The notes: generated by a model not told the origin, from the sequence alone. A stretch of DNA of 64,000 bases from an uncultured Methanosarcinaceae archaeon (GCA_963727895.1 CAVSHT010000012.1:1-64000); one strand, 5' to 3'. Positions 1-11,877 are shown, numbered from the stretch's first letter. Program-made: numbers and translations.

Positions 1-47
1 CCATCATCATTGGTAACAAGAATTTTTGGAACCATGAGTTTTCCCAT
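1..47 (-). CDS. surE: 5'/3'-nucleotidase SurE, N-terminus only (runs off window)
   Basis: Hand translation MGKLMVPKILVTNDDG; ILVTNDDG is the SurE signature. Confidence 0.85.
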   Translation of the reverse strand, partial: MGKLMVPKILVTNDD

Positions 48-485
48 AGTTGTAGGATAATTTAAAATTAATGGAAAGAACAGGATTTTCGTACCTAAAG
101 CTCTTCATAACCAACTATATTGACCTCATCACGAATTTCATCTCTCTATACCTGGAAGATTACCAGTAATATATAAGGAAAGAAAGCTGCTCCACTCTGA
201 ATAAAGACTAAAGAACTAAATGGACACTTGAAAGAAAAATGGATCGTGGGAATTGTACTATCTGATCTGATTTAATCAGTACAATTTAAACCAGATCAGG
301 TAAGTATATTCTGTTTGTTTCGGCAAGTAGAAATGTGATTTTAGTTGTAATTTCAGCAACTAATTCCCATCGAGAATTCCACTGAAGAGATCAGTGGTTT
401 TTATTGATTAATGTGCATTTTTCATTTTAATGTATATTATATCAGTATATATTAATCTGCATAACTTTTTTGTGTCAATATTTAA

Positions 486-974
486 TTACTCTCCAGCACC
501 AAAGGCAGCTTTAAGTTTGCTTTCTTCTTCTTTGGATAGGGAAGTGCGCACGACCTTTGGATGGAATTTGCCCAGTTCATCAAGAACTTTGTCTTCAGTC
601 CACTTTGAAATCAACAAGAAGAGAGCAGATCCTTCTGGCTCGATCGTTTGAGAAACTTCATGAATGAAGTCATCGTCTATCCCATAATCAGATAATTTCC
701 CTGTAATTGCACCTGTGATGGCGCCGATTGCCATTCCAAGCCAGGGCATCCAGAAAAGCAGTCCTATAAGCATACCCCAGAATGCTCCACCTACAGTACC
801 TGTACCTACAAGGTTTACCGCTTGCTTCACTTTGACCTTGCCGTCAAGGTTTCGAACGACAACTGCAGCATCATCAAGGGTAATTAGTTCCTCTTTTTTA
901 AGCCGATGAATGGCTTCATCCATTTCAGATGCACCTTTCTCATCCGGAAATGCAAAAACTATTAGCTCACTCAT
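486..974 (-). CDS. DUF1269-like membrane protein
   Basis: 162 aa; DAAVVVR, then Gly-rich hydrophobic hairpin, then DYGIDDDFI pattern. Confidence 0.75.
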   Translation of the reverse strand: MSELIVFAFPDEKGASEMDEAIHRLKKEELITLDDAAVVVRNLDGKVKVKQAVNLVGTGTVGGAFWGMLIGLLFWMPWLGMAIGAITGAITGKLSDYGIDDDFIHEVSQTIEPEGSALFLLISKWTEDKVLDELGKFHPKVVRTSLSKEEESKLKAAFGAGE

Positions 975-1382
975 AATTCGAGAATCTCCTTTAAATTTTT
1001 AATATATATAAAATATGAGCTCGATAGCCTTAGTTTAAGAGTAACAGATTACCATTTTTCAGATCCAACAGAAAAAAACTTCACCGAGGGAAAAACTAAT
1101 CTCTCTATGAAATTTTGAATCCAATAATGATAACAGAAACTCAGAGCTAAGGACTTTGTCATTTCTACTTACAATTCTGGATAACCTTCGGTTCATTAGC
1201 CCATATCCCGCTTTCTGAAAGAACAGGTTTCCCCTTTTTGATTATCTCAGAAGTTACAGTATAACAATTCCATAATATTATATACATCTTGCGTACTTAA
1301 TAAATTATTTCAAAAAAGATTAAAAATAAGATAATTAAAAGATAATTAAAATAAAAAAATATAGTGAAGATGATTTAAGACA

Positions 1383-1586
1383 TCAAGCTCCGAACACAGT
1401 TTTTATAGTGTACACATATAGGTGGTGAATACTTATGGCAAAGATCAGAAGTTTGACAACCAAAAATTCCAGATTATGGAGCCAGTGAGTCATCTCTATA
1501 AGCTTTTCTGAATGAAAAATTCTTTTTTCCGTTACGGATTTTACTATTCTTTTTAAGTTCTTTGATAACATTTTGTTAAACCCCAC
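1383..1586 (-). CDS. small hypothetical membrane protein
   Basis: 67-aa ORF, basic N-terminus, hydrophobic C-terminal segment. Confidence 0.4.
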   Translation of the reverse strand: MGFNKMLSKNLKRIVKSVTEKRIFHSEKLIEMTHWLHNLEFLVVKLLIFAISIHHLYVYTIKTVFGA

Positions 1587-1659
1587 TCATAATGTATCTA
1601 TTTTGTATTGTCTCAAAGCATTCCCTTTTAGAAAACGCTCTGAATACGTACCCTATAAA

Positions 1660-1760
1660 ATCCAACGAGATCTCAAACAGGCATTTTATGTTCGAAAGTG
1701 CCTTGCATAGCATACACTATCCAACGTGATATCAAAGAGGCATCTTCATATCGAAAATGC
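1660..1760. repeat. two diverged ~42-bp direct repeats, 59-bp period
   Basis: ATCCAACGAGATCTCAAACAGGCATTTTATGTTCGAAAGTGC vs ATCCAACGTGATATCAAAGAGGCATCTTCATATCGAAAATGC. Confidence 0.7.
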
Positions 1761-2103
1761 ATTATTTACCCCACCGACTCTAGCTTTAGAAACTTGTTAT
1801 ATTAAAACTTGTTGACCTTGTATGAAAGATTTTTATAAAAATACTGAAATAATATATAGACACCATGATTAACGTGTTAGTTAATGGATAGGAGGAAAAT
1901 GAAGAGCATTGAGAATGAAAAGTTATAATAAAGAAGTTCAAACTAGAGGATATATATCAGAGATCGAAAAAATAGGGCAATAAGAATTATTATTCAGTTA
2001 ATTTCCTGTGCCCTGTAAAACAAAGAAGCGCGCAATAATCCCGATAAAGAGAAAATGAACTCAAATGTACCTTTTCAAAACTAAAGCAGATTTCAACCGG
2101 TTT

Positions 2104-2541
2104 TTACAACTTTAGTTTTATTTTTCTGTGGAGGGGATTCGAAAATCGGAGTCAACTTTATTAACGATTCGCCTGAAAACCTCGTCGATGAGCTTCCAGT
2201 ACTCTTCGATCTGTCGATAGATTTCTTCCGCTATTTCTTCGTGATAAGTATGAAGATGTAAGATTTCTATTATTCACTATCTCAAGGACTTTGACAGTTT
2301 CCTCTTCCAAAAGAAGTCCTACTTTAAATGCTTCCTTAAAACAGGACTTGGGAGAATTACAGACTATTCCTTCCTGAACATCAAGGTAACCCTTAACAAC
2401 TTTCCAGAAAGCCTCAGAAGTATACTCAAATCTCTGGATAGCAGCATCCCTAACTATTACTGAATAAGGTTCTTCCGTGATTGCCTTTTAAGTTTTGAGT
2501 GCTTTTTCAGTAGTTTCGATCCTGAGCTTTAATGTTTCCAC
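2104..2541 (-). pseudogene. HEPN (HepT/HI0074-like) toxin, disrupted
   Basis: Hand translation includes RDAAIQRFEYTSEAFWK, SPKSCFKEAF and RNLTS/HTYHEE; in-frame TAA at 2488-2490 and a frameshift inside the R-X4-H motif. Confidence 0.8.
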
Positions 2542-2840
2542 ACAATCCCTTCTCGTAACGCTTTTTCTTTAAAAACTTTCGAAACCCTGGAAAGGTCTAC
2601 AATATCAACCGTATAAGGAATATTCAGGTTTTCAATTCTTTCTTTTAAGAAAACTAATTTTCTCCAATTAAAATTTATCCCGGGAAGAATTCTTATATCT
2701 ATATCCGAAACTCGACTAAAATCCCCTCTCGCCCTGGAACCAAAGAGTATAACAGTGACATTTTCTTCATTTAAAGTTTCAAAAACCAGAGACTTCAGAT
2801 CCTGAATGCTTTTCTGAGATATTGGAGAAAGGTTGCTCAT
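2529..2840 (-). CDS. minimal nucleotidyltransferase (MntA-type antitoxin)
   Basis: LFGSRARGD...SDID (GS-X10-DXD) motif; overlaps the HEPN gene start. Confidence 0.85.
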   Translation of the reverse strand: MSNLSPISQKSIQDLKSLVFETLNEENVTVILFGSRARGDFSRVSDIDIRILPGINFNWRKLVFLKERIENLNIPYTVDIVDLSRVSKVFKEKALREGIVWKH

Positions 2841-3073
2841 TTACTATTCATTTAAGAGTTTTCAATACTTGAATGTAATGTTGCCTTCAGACTCTTAGCT
2901 AGAGTTCAAAACACAGTATAAAGTAGATTATAGAGATTGTGAACAAATTCTTCAACTGCCTCAGAGCAGTGCAAATTTAATATAATGATTCCCTTTATCC
3001 ATCTAATATTTCAGACAACTCAAAAATTTACGTTTATCTGAGATTCCTATCAATTTCACGAGGATTTTACAAC

Positions 3074-4897
3074 ATGGATAAGTACGAAAAAGTATTCGAG
3101 CTGGCTAAACGCAGGGGGTTTTTGTGGAACTCCTTTGAGCTATATGGCGGAAGCCGCGGATTTTATGATTATGGGCCTCTTGGGAGCACGCTGAAGAGAC
3201 GAATTGAACAGACCTGGAGAGAGTTTTACGTTATCCAGGAAGGGTTTATGGAAATTGAATGCCCGACAATTGGAATTGAAGACGTTTTTGTCGCATCTGG
3301 GCACGTAGGAGGTTTTTCTGACCCCCTGTGTGAATGTATGAACTGTAAAGAAGCTTTCCGGGCGGATCATCTTGTACAAAACGTAATGGAAGCCGCAGGG
3401 ACCCTGAGCGCAGAAGCTCTCACTAAAGTTATAAAGGAAAATAATATCCGATGCCCGGAATGTGGAGGAGAATTCGGCGATGCCTATGAATTTAACCTGA
3501 TGTTCAAAACCACAATTGGACCAGGCACTGGAAGGCAGGGGTATCTCAGACCAGAAACCGCACAGGGTATGTTTGTAGATTTCCAGAGGCTGTCCCGCTT
3601 CTACAGGGACAAACTGCCTTTTGGAGCTGTGCAAATCGGGAAATCTTACAGAAATGAAATCGCACCCAGACAAGGTGTAATCAGACTCAGGGAATTTACA
3701 CAGGCAGAATGTGAGATTTTTGTTGACCCGCGGAACAAAAAACACCCCAACTTCGAGCGCTTTGCAGACAAAGAACTTGTACTCTATTCTCAGAAAGCAC
3801 AAGAGACAGGAAAACCCTTTAAAATGACTGTGAGAGAAGCTGTGAAGACTGGAGTAATTGCACATGAAGTTCTGGGTTACAACATTGCACTAACCAACGA
3901 GTTCCTCACAAAAGTTGGAATTGATCCTGCAAAACTCAGGTTCAGGCAGCACTTAAAAGACGAGATGGCGCATTACGCAATCGACTGCTGGGATGCTGAG
4001 ATCGAAACCGACAGGTTCGGCTGGGTCGAGATAGTAGGAATTGCAGATCGGACGGACTACGACCTTAAAGCCCATGCAAAAGTCAGCAAGACCGAGCTTT
4101 ACGTCTATGTTGAATATGATGAGCCAAAAATGGTAACCCGCTTTGTTGTAAAACCAAATATGGGCAAACTCGGTCCTATCTTTAAGGGAAAAGCAAAAGC
4201 TGTCGCAGATGCCTTAAAACAGCTTTCCGAAGAAGAACTCTCAAAAAACGAAATCAAAGTTACAGTTGATGGAGAAGAGTTAACAGTCAGTTCAGATGCA
4301 GTTGATTTTGCAGAAGAAACTGTTAAAGTCAGCGGAGAGAACGTCATCCCTCACGTAATTGAACCTTCCTACGGAATCGACAGGATCTTCTATGGGGTCA
4401 TGGAACACGCCTATGAAGAAGAAGACGTGGCTCAGAAGGCTGCCGAATCAGAGCTTAAAGGCACAGAAGAAACTGAAAAGAAATCTGAAGTAGGAAAGGG
4501 AGAAGGTGAAGCTGAGGGAGAAGAGAAAGCCCGTCTTGTCATGCACTTTACAAGCGCAGTTGCTCCAGTACAGGTTGCAGTCCTCCCTCTTTTGACCCGC
4601 AAAGAGCTTGCAGATCCTGCAAAAGATATTATTGCAAAACTCAGGGAAAAGGCTCTGCTTGTCAATTATGACGATTCCGGAACAATCGGACGCCGCTACA
4701 GGAGAAACGATGAAATAGGAACGCCTTACTGCGTTACTGTAGATTACGACACTCTCGAAGACGGAACTGTAACTATAAGAGACAGAGATTCAATGCGCCA
4801 GATTCGAGCTCCGGTTGAAGGAATCGAAAACGTGCTCTACGAGCTGATTTACAGAGGTAGAGCTTTCGAATCTGCAGGCAAAGCTTTTAATTTCTGA
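3074..4897 (+). CDS. glyS: glycine--tRNA ligase (alpha2 type)
   Basis: LRPETAQG, RNEIAPRQG..RLREF, IEPSYGIDR, IGRRYRRNDEIG. Confidence 0.97.
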   Translation: MDKYEKVFELAKRRGFLWNSFELYGGSRGFYDYGPLGSTLKRRIEQTWREFYVIQEGFMEIECPTIGIEDVFVASGHVGGFSDPLCECMNCKEAFRADHLVQNVMEAAGTLSAEALTKVIKENNIRCPECGGEFGDAYEFNLMFKTTIGPGTGRQGYLRPETAQGMFVDFQRLSRFYRDKLPFGAVQIGKSYRNEIAPRQGVIRLREFTQAECEIFVDPRNKKHPNFERFADKELVLYSQKAQETGKPFKMTVREAVKTGVIAHEVLGYNIALTNEFLTKVGIDPAKLRFRQHLKDEMAHYAIDCWDAEIETDRFGWVEIVGIADRTDYDLKAHAKVSKTELYVYVEYDEPKMVTRFVVKPNMGKLGPIFKGKAKAVADALKQLSEEELSKNEIKVTVDGEELTVSSDAVDFAEETVKVSGENVIPHVIEPSYGIDRIFYGVMEHAYEEEDVAQKAAESELKGTEETEKKSEVGKGEGEAEGEEKARLVMHFTSAVAPVQVAVLPLLTRKELADPAKDIIAKLREKALLVNYDDSGTIGRRYRRNDEIGTPYCVTVDYDTLEDGTVTIRDRDSMRQIRAPVEGIENVLYELIYRGRAFESAGKAFNF

Positions 4898-5055
4898 AAT
4901 TAAGATACGGATAAATTACTGAGCTGTGGGCTGAAACGTCTGCAGCAAATTTTTAATTTTTATAATTTTGATATACTATATTGAATTAAGACTCTAAAAC
5001 AAAATAACCTTGAATAAAGTCTAAAACAAAGAGCCTATAAAAATCCTGAAGCAAA

Positions 5056-7575
5056 ATGAACGAGAATTTATTTCCCAATAACCCGGGATTCATGAAGCAC
5101 CCGCTGATAAAACCCGATACAGTTGAGCAGAGGCTCTATCAATTGAATCTTGCAGGAAAAGCCCTTGAAGGATCAAGCCTTGTTGTGCTTCCTACAGGAC
5201 TTGGAAAAACCATTATAGCTCTTTTTGTGATTGCTTCCAGGCTTCAACGTTTTGGGGGAAAAGCTCTGATCCTTTCCCCAACAAAACCGCTTGTTGAGCA
5301 GCATGCAGCTTTTTTTAAAAGGGTAATGACCCTTTCCGAAGACGAAGTTCTTACTTTTACAGGCAGCATTGCCCCTGAAGAGCGAGAAAAGCTCTGGGCA
5401 CAGGGAAAATTGATAGTTTCTACTCCTCAGGTGATTGAAAATGACCTTCTTACAAAGAGGATTAGCCTTGAGGATGTAAGTCATATAACCTTTGATGAAG
5501 CCCATAGAGCAGTTGGAAATTACGCTTATACTTTTATTGCGGAAAAATACTTTGAAAGTGCAAAAAACCCTCATGTACTTGGAATTACTGCAAGCCCGGG
5601 AAGTTCTGATGAGAAAATCTCTGAGGTCTGCCAGGCTTTACATGTTGAAAATGTCTCCGTAAAAACCGAAAAAGACAGAGATGTCCGTCCTTATGTGCAG
5701 GAAAAAGAGATCAAATGGGTGCAGGTCCAGCTTCCTCCCAAAATGGCCGAAATCCGAGGTTATCTTGAGAAAATCTTTGATGATCGGTTTGGAATTATAA
5801 AAGGCATGGGTTTTTCGGCAGGCAACGGTAAATACGTCTCTAAAAAAGACCTTTTACTTCTCCAGAAAAAGCTTCAGAGTGAAATTCGAGTAGGAGGAGA
5901 CCCTGCGATTTTTACTGCTATGTCTATACTTGCCGAAATAATGAAGGTGAACCACGCTATAGAAATGATTGAGACCCAGGGACTTGAAACCCTCAGGAAG
6001 TGTCTGGAGAAACTGGATGCAGAAGCTTCTTCAAAAAGTTCAACCAAAGCTGCAAAAAGACTAATGGACGACCTTTACATGAGAAAAGCCCTTCACATGG
6101 CAAAGGAATGCGAGATTGAACATCCCAAACTTGATTTAACGCGAAAAATTGTATCCGAACAGTTAAAAGGGAGTCCTGATTCCAGAGTAATTGTTTTTAC
6201 GAATTATAGGGACACGGCAGAGATAGTAGTAAATGCCCTTTCAACTGTTTCAGGAGTTGTACCGATTCGTTTTGTAGGACAGGCTTCGCACCGTAAGGAC
6301 AAAGGGCTTACGCAAAAACAGCAGGTAGAAATTCTTGAGAAATTCAGAGAAGGAGAATACAATGTACTTGTAGCTACTTCAGTTGCTGAAGAAGGACTTG
6401 ACATACCTGCAACAGACCTGGTATTATTTTACGAACCAATTCCCTCGGAAATTAGGAGCATCCAGCGTAAAGGTAGAACAGGCAGGCAGCATAAAGGCAG
6501 AGTCATTGTGATGGTAACGAAAGGTACACGCGACGAAGCTTATTACTGGAGCAGTAAGAATAAGGAAAAAAAGATGCTAAACAGCATGAGAGGGCTTGAA
6601 GCTCTTATAAGCCCCAGTGATTCAAAACAAGAGTTAAAACTTTCAAATTTTGGATCTAAACCTCTTATTTTAGATTACATGGGAAATGGAACTAAAAAAG
6701 AGAATAAAACAGAGAATAAATTTGAAAATCAGGATTTAATGCAGGAAAATCAAGAGTTGATATCAGAAATCCGGAATTTAACTTTAAGTAGCAGGAAAAA
6801 TTTAAAAGAAAAACAAAAAACCCTTGTCGATTTTGGAACGCTTTCTGGAAAGAAATCTGAGTCTAATCTTGAACCAGCCGCAGAAATGTCAGGGATAAAG
6901 ACATCAGAGATAGAGACAAAACCTGAGTCTCTGAAAATAGTGGTTGACTACAGGGAAACAAAGAGTGGAGTTGCAAATATTCTTGAGAAGCTTGGAATGG
7001 CAATCTTTTTTGCTACTCTTGAAATTGGAGACTATGTTGTAAGCGACCGCCTTGCTGTAGAGAGAAAACGTACGGACGATTTTGTAAATTCTCTTATAGA
7101 CGGGAAACGTAATCTGTTTGCTCAATTATCAGATCTTACAAGAGTATATGAAAAACCTGTTCTTATCATTGAAGGAACAGAACTCTTCACTTCCAGACAA
7201 ATAAATCCAAATGCCATCTACGGTTCCTTAATCTCTATTGCAATTGATTTTGGAGTATCTATATTATATTCAAGAGATGAAGAAGAAACCGCTGCAATAC
7301 TGAAAATGCTTGCAAAACGTGAACAAATGGAAAATAAACGTGAGGTTAATCCTCATGGGAAAAAGTCAACCAATACCCTTACCGAGCAACAGGAATACCT
7401 GATCTCCTCTATTGCAGATATAGGACCAAAAGCTGCAAGAAATCTTCTTTTGCATTTTGGCTCAGCAGAGGCTGTTATGAAGGCTGATGTAAATGAACTA
7501 AAGAAGGTAAAATTAATAGGGCCAAAGAGAGCAACAAAAATAAGGGAGATCCTTGAGGCTCCTTATAAAGCATGA
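5056..7575 (+). CDS. hef: Hef helicase/ERCC4 nuclease
   Basis: PTGLGKT, DEAH, QRKGRTGR, then VDYRE/ERKR nuclease domain and HhH. Confidence 0.93.
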   Translation: MNENLFPNNPGFMKHPLIKPDTVEQRLYQLNLAGKALEGSSLVVLPTGLGKTIIALFVIASRLQRFGGKALILSPTKPLVEQHAAFFKRVMTLSEDEVLTFTGSIAPEEREKLWAQGKLIVSTPQVIENDLLTKRISLEDVSHITFDEAHRAVGNYAYTFIAEKYFESAKNPHVLGITASPGSSDEKISEVCQALHVENVSVKTEKDRDVRPYVQEKEIKWVQVQLPPKMAEIRGYLEKIFDDRFGIIKGMGFSAGNGKYVSKKDLLLLQKKLQSEIRVGGDPAIFTAMSILAEIMKVNHAIEMIETQGLETLRKCLEKLDAEASSKSSTKAAKRLMDDLYMRKALHMAKECEIEHPKLDLTRKIVSEQLKGSPDSRVIVFTNYRDTAEIVVNALSTVSGVVPIRFVGQASHRKDKGLTQKQQVEILEKFREGEYNVLVATSVAEEGLDIPATDLVLFYEPIPSEIRSIQRKGRTGRQHKGRVIVMVTKGTRDEAYYWSSKNKEKKMLNSMRGLEALISPSDSKQELKLSNFGSKPLILDYMGNGTKKENKTENKFENQDLMQENQELISEIRNLTLSSRKNLKEKQKTLVDFGTLSGKKSESNLEPAAEMSGIKTSEIETKPESLKIVVDYRETKSGVANILEKLGMAIFFATLEIGDYVVSDRLAVERKRTDDFVNSLIDGKRNLFAQLSDLTRVYEKPVLIIEGTELFTSRQINPNAIYGSLISIAIDFGVSILYSRDEEETAAILKMLAKREQMENKREVNPHGKKSTNTLTEQQEYLISSIADIGPKAARNLLLHFGSAEAVMKADVNELKKVKLIGPKRATKIREILEAPYKA

Positions 7576-7704
7576 GTAAATAAGATTCAAGTTTTTTTAC
7601 TTTTAACTTATTTGTACTTTTTTTATTTTTCTTCCTTATTTTTCTATTCTATATCTTTTGTCTTTCCGTCTTCTGCCTCTATTTTACCTTCTTTTTTCTT
7701 ACCT

Positions 7705-8376
7705 TTATAATTGTCTCAAGCGCTCTATAATCCCAATTCCTTTCTCAATTAGTTCTAAGTCCTCAGCAATACTGCGCGGATCTGTTTCATCCTGTAGGAA
7801 ATCTGCAATATTGACCATTTTATTAAATAGAAGGTTTTCTAGCATTTTCCGATCTTCATGCGCTCCAGAAACATGACTTCTAGATACCTTTGGTAAAGCG
7901 GCTGGTTTTTGTGATCTTCTTAGAGATGCGACCTGGATTTTAGAAGCTGCAGATATCTCAAGAGCTTCAGGGACTGAAACTTTTGCCTCTTTTTTTGGGG
8001 AAAATAATGGTGAAATTTCCTCTTCTAATGGCTCAACAGCTTTTTCCTCTTCTACAGTAGTTTTTTCCTCTTCAACAACAGCTTCAGAGCTTCTAAACCC
8101 GAACCTTGGTTTTTGCCTGTGTACCTGAACTCTTTTTTTAGTTTCAAAAGAAGACCTATCTTTTTCTGTAGACGGCGTGGGCTCAGGTACCTCGATTGCT
8201 ACGGCTTGTTCTGGAGCTTCTCCCTCCTCCCGGACATCACATATAGGGCAGATTACTGTACCTTGATAACGAAATTTTGGGGCTCCGCAGACATTACAAT
8301 GTTCAGCAAGCATCGTGCCTCCGAGTTCAAGGAAACGTGCTATTCTTTTTACTTTTTGATCTTTTTCAGAATCCAT
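7705..8376 (-). CDS. UPF0148/SSSCA1-like Zn-ribbon protein
   Basis: GGTMLAEHCNVCGAPKF...CPIC. Confidence 0.8.
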   Translation of the reverse strand: MDSEKDQKVKRIARFLELGGTMLAEHCNVCGAPKFRYQGTVICPICDVREEGEAPEQAVAIEVPEPTPSTEKDRSSFETKKRVQVHRQKPRFGFRSSEAVVEEEKTTVEEEKAVEPLEEEISPLFSPKKEAKVSVPEALEISAASKIQVASLRRSQKPAALPKVSRSHVSGAHEDRKMLENLLFNKMVNIADFLQDETDPRSIAEDLELIEKGIGIIERLRQL

Positions 8377-8635
8377 ATCTCTAACCTTCTTTTATTCGCA
8401 GCTTCTCATGCATTTGCTTCTCATTTATTTTATAAAACATCTCCTGTAGCTCACCGTATGTGAGAGAATTTACCCTGTAAAAATAGGAAAAAATAGTAAA
8501 TTCAGAATCGTAAGGAGTAGACATTAAAACAGGCAACTTTAAAAATCACCGATACTATTTTATATAACTTGCCTGTCTTAGACTAATCTATTAGCTCTAA
8601 TTTTTACATCGTAATTGACTGCGAAGGTGATTTGA

Positions 8636-8908
8636 GTGGCATCAAATGAATCAGCAGAAGTTATAAAACAATGTCTTCAGGTTTTAGAAAGTATAACTAG
8701 TGACTCTTCAGTTCCAAGAAATATCAGACGTTCCGTGAATGAAATTATGGACATACTTAACAACAACTCTGAACCTCTTTTTCTCAGAGCAGCTTCAAGC
8801 ATTTCCATTCTCGAAGATATAAGCAACGATCCTAATCTTCCTCTGCACACAAGAACTTTGATATGGAACCTTTCAAGCCAGCTCGAGACTATTCCTGTAG
8901 ACGAGTAA
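8636..8908 (+). CDS. UPF0147 family protein
   Basis: [10 protein letters not shown]...[13 protein letters not shown]. Confidence 0.85.
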   Translation: MASNESAEVIKQCLQVLESITSDSSVPRNIRRSVNEIMDILNNNSEPLFLRAASSISILEDISNDPNLPLHTRTLIWNLSSQLETIPVDE

Positions 8909-9360
8909 CACAGAAATAAATACTAACTACATAAAAATGGAATTTACGTGGGAACGTAAACTGGAAACAGACAAACTCCAGAAATAAGCAAGCTCAGGTA
9001 TATCTCTGGATATAATCTGTAAAAAATCCCGAACTCCGACTAATTCTAAAAAATAGCCGAAAGGAAGCAATTTTACTATTCTATTAGCTACTTCTAGCTG
9101 GTTTTGGAATTATTTCCTGAAGTTAGAGGATATCGACAAGGAAAAGACTTTTTCCTTCTTTTTTATACCCTTTTTCGGGAACTGGATTAAATATCGGGTT
9201 TTAAAATAAGAGTACAAATAGACCTGTCAATGTAAAATGGTCAAAGCTGAAACTCTGAAGTTCTTAAAAATACATAAATAGTTATAAGTATTTTAGATTT
9301 TAAGCAGAGAAGATTAATTGTTCAAAAAACTAAGAAGCATAAAGGGGGTATGAATAAATA

Positions 9361-9981
9361 GTGCTTGAGGAAATTTCGTCCAAAATCAGGAAAAATTTTG
9401 AGGCGAAAGAAAGCATAAGGGAAGATGGATTAAAGATTTCCAGAGAAGTTGTAAGGGAATGCAGGACAGCCTCATTTGCTCTTCACGGGCAGGACTTTGA
9501 GAAAGCAGATAAATGTATAAAAACCGCGGGAAAAGCACTCGAGAAACTTGAAGTTCTTTTCGAAGGACATGCTGACATTTATCATGCAGGTTTTGTGGAA
9601 CATGCCCAACAGGAGTATTCAGAGGTTTCAGTACTCGAAAGCCTCCTGAACGAAGAAAAAATTCCTTCTCCTGAAGAGTTAAGAGTCGAATATGCAGCTT
9701 ACCTTAACGGGCTTGGGGATGTTGTAGGAGAGCTTAGAAGACATGTTCTGGACCTTATCAGGAAAGAATCCTTTGAGAAAGCCGAAGTGTTTTTAGGTAC
9801 TATGGAAAATATCCATGCAATACTTATGAATTTTGATTATCCTGATGCCATAACCGGAGGACTGAGGCGAAAAACCGATGTATCCCGTTCCTTAATAGAA
9901 AAAACGCGCGGCGATGTTGTCAATGCAATTGGGCAAAAAAAGCTTGAAATTACGATGCGAAATCTGGAATCCAGACTTTAA
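9361..9981 (+). CDS. translin/TRAX-like protein
   Basis: QQEYSE and YLNGLGDVVGELRR motifs. Confidence 0.8.
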   Translation: MLEEISSKIRKNFEAKESIREDGLKISREVVRECRTASFALHGQDFEKADKCIKTAGKALEKLEVLFEGHADIYHAGFVEHAQQEYSEVSVLESLLNEEKIPSPEELRVEYAAYLNGLGDVVGELRRHVLDLIRKESFEKAEVFLGTMENIHAILMNFDYPDAITGGLRRKTDVSRSLIEKTRGDVVNAIGQKKLEITMRNLESRL

Positions 9982-10256
9982 AATGTGTAATTTTTAGATA
10001 GGAGAATGGCTAAACATTGAGCAAATTAGCGTTTTTGAACCAAATTTTTGGAATTAATCGTGAAACTGCGACTTACTAATTTATAACCATAAAGTTTACA
10101 CAATAACAATTAAACTGTTTATTGTTTTAACTATTATTTAGTCGTTTGACAGCACAACTGTACAAAATATTAGAATCCAGAATTTCCAAGTTGATTTGTT
10201 TAGTATTCCAGTATTACATATTTAAAATTCCAATAATTTATCACAAGAGGATATGT

Positions 10257-11877
10257 ATGAAATTTGATCCGGAAAAAATAAAAAAGGATGCAAGAGAGAA
10301 CTTTGACTTTACCTGGAACGAGGGTAAAAAGCTGGTTAAGATACCTACTCTGAATGAGCGTTATCCCAGAACCACTCTGAGATATGGAAAAGCACATCCT
10401 GTTTACGACACTATCCAGAAACTCAGAGAAGCCTATTTAAGGATGGGTTTTGAAGAGATGATGAACCCTCTAATAGTAGACGATAAAGAAGTTCACAAAC
10501 AGTTTGGAAGTGAAGCACTTGCAGTTCTAGATCGTTGTTTTTATCTTGCAGGTCTTCCAAGACCGAACGTTGGAATTTCCGATGAGCGCATCACACAGGT
10601 AAAAGAGATCTTAGGAAAAATCGGCGACGATGGAGTAGATAAAATCAGACAGGTTCTCCATTCGTATAAAAAAGGAAAGATTGAAGGAGACGATCTTGTT
10701 CCTGAGATTTCAGCATTGCTTGGAGTTTCTGACGCTCTTGTCGCCGATATGCTTGAAAAAGTTTTTCCGGAATTTAAAGAGCTTGTACCACAGGCAAGCA
10801 CAAAGACACTTCGCAGCCACATGACAAGCGGCTGGTTCATTTCATTAAGTGCTCTCCTTGAGAGACAAGAACCTCCTTTCCACTTTTTCTCCAGTAGACC
10901 GCTGCTTCAGGCGAGAACAACAGGAAGATGCCTCAAGACTCATGACCTACTATTCGGCTTCCTGTGTAATTATGGATGAAGATGTGACTGTTGACCACGG
11001 AAAAGCCGTTGCAGAAGGTTTGCTATCTCAGTTTGGCTTTGAAAAATTCCTTTTCAGACCCGATGAGAAACGCAGTAAATACTATATTCCTGATACTCAG
11101 ACTGAAGTATTTGCTTTCCATCCAAAACTTATTGGCTCTAACTCAAAATATTCAGATGGCTGGATAGAGGTTGCAACTTTTGGAATTTATTCTCCAACAG
11201 CGCTGGCACAATATGATATCCCCTACCCTGTAATGAACCTCGGACTCGGAGTGGAAAGACTGGCAATGATCCTTCATGACGCTCCAGATGTCCGTTCCCT
11301 TACTTATCCGCAGATTCCTCAGTATACTGAATGGGAAATGTCAGATCGCGAACTCGCAAAACAGGTTTTTGTGGATAAAGTCCCTGAAACTCCTGAAGGG
11401 CTCGCAATTGCAGATGCAATTGTTTCTCAATGCGAACTGCATGGGGAAGAACCAAGCCCCTGTGAATTTCCTGCGTGGGAAGGAGAAATTTGCGGTAGAA
11501 AAGTAAAAGTTTCAGTAATCGAGCCTGAAGAAAACACCAAACTCTGTGGCCCGGCAGCTTTCAATGAAGTTATAGCTTATCAGGGAGATATAATGGGACT
11601 TCCAAATATCAAGAAATGGCAAAAAGCTTTTGAAAACCATTCAGCAAAAGCAGGAATTCGTTTTATAGAAGCATTTGCAGCTCAGGCTGCCAGAGAAATA
11701 GAAGAAGCTGCAATGTCAGGAGCAACCGAACATATAGTAAGGGTAAGAATTGCCAAGGTTCCTTCGGAAGTTAACCTGAAAATAGGTCCTATTGCCCAGC
11801 GTTATATCACAGGCAAAAAGAAAAAAATAGATATGAGAGGCCCGGTTTTCACTTCTGTAAAAGCGGAATTCGTGTGA
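10257..11877 (+). CDS. sepS: O-phosphoseryl-tRNA(Cys) synthetase; one apparent +1 frameshift near 10890
   Basis: LRSHMTSGWF in ORF 1; DRCFRREQ, YYIPDTQTEV, NLGLGVERLAM in ORF 2. Confidence 0.93.

Noticed and set aside
1890..1983. GGAGG RBS followed by ATG
   Set aside because: Only 9- and 22-codon frames; no support for a gene
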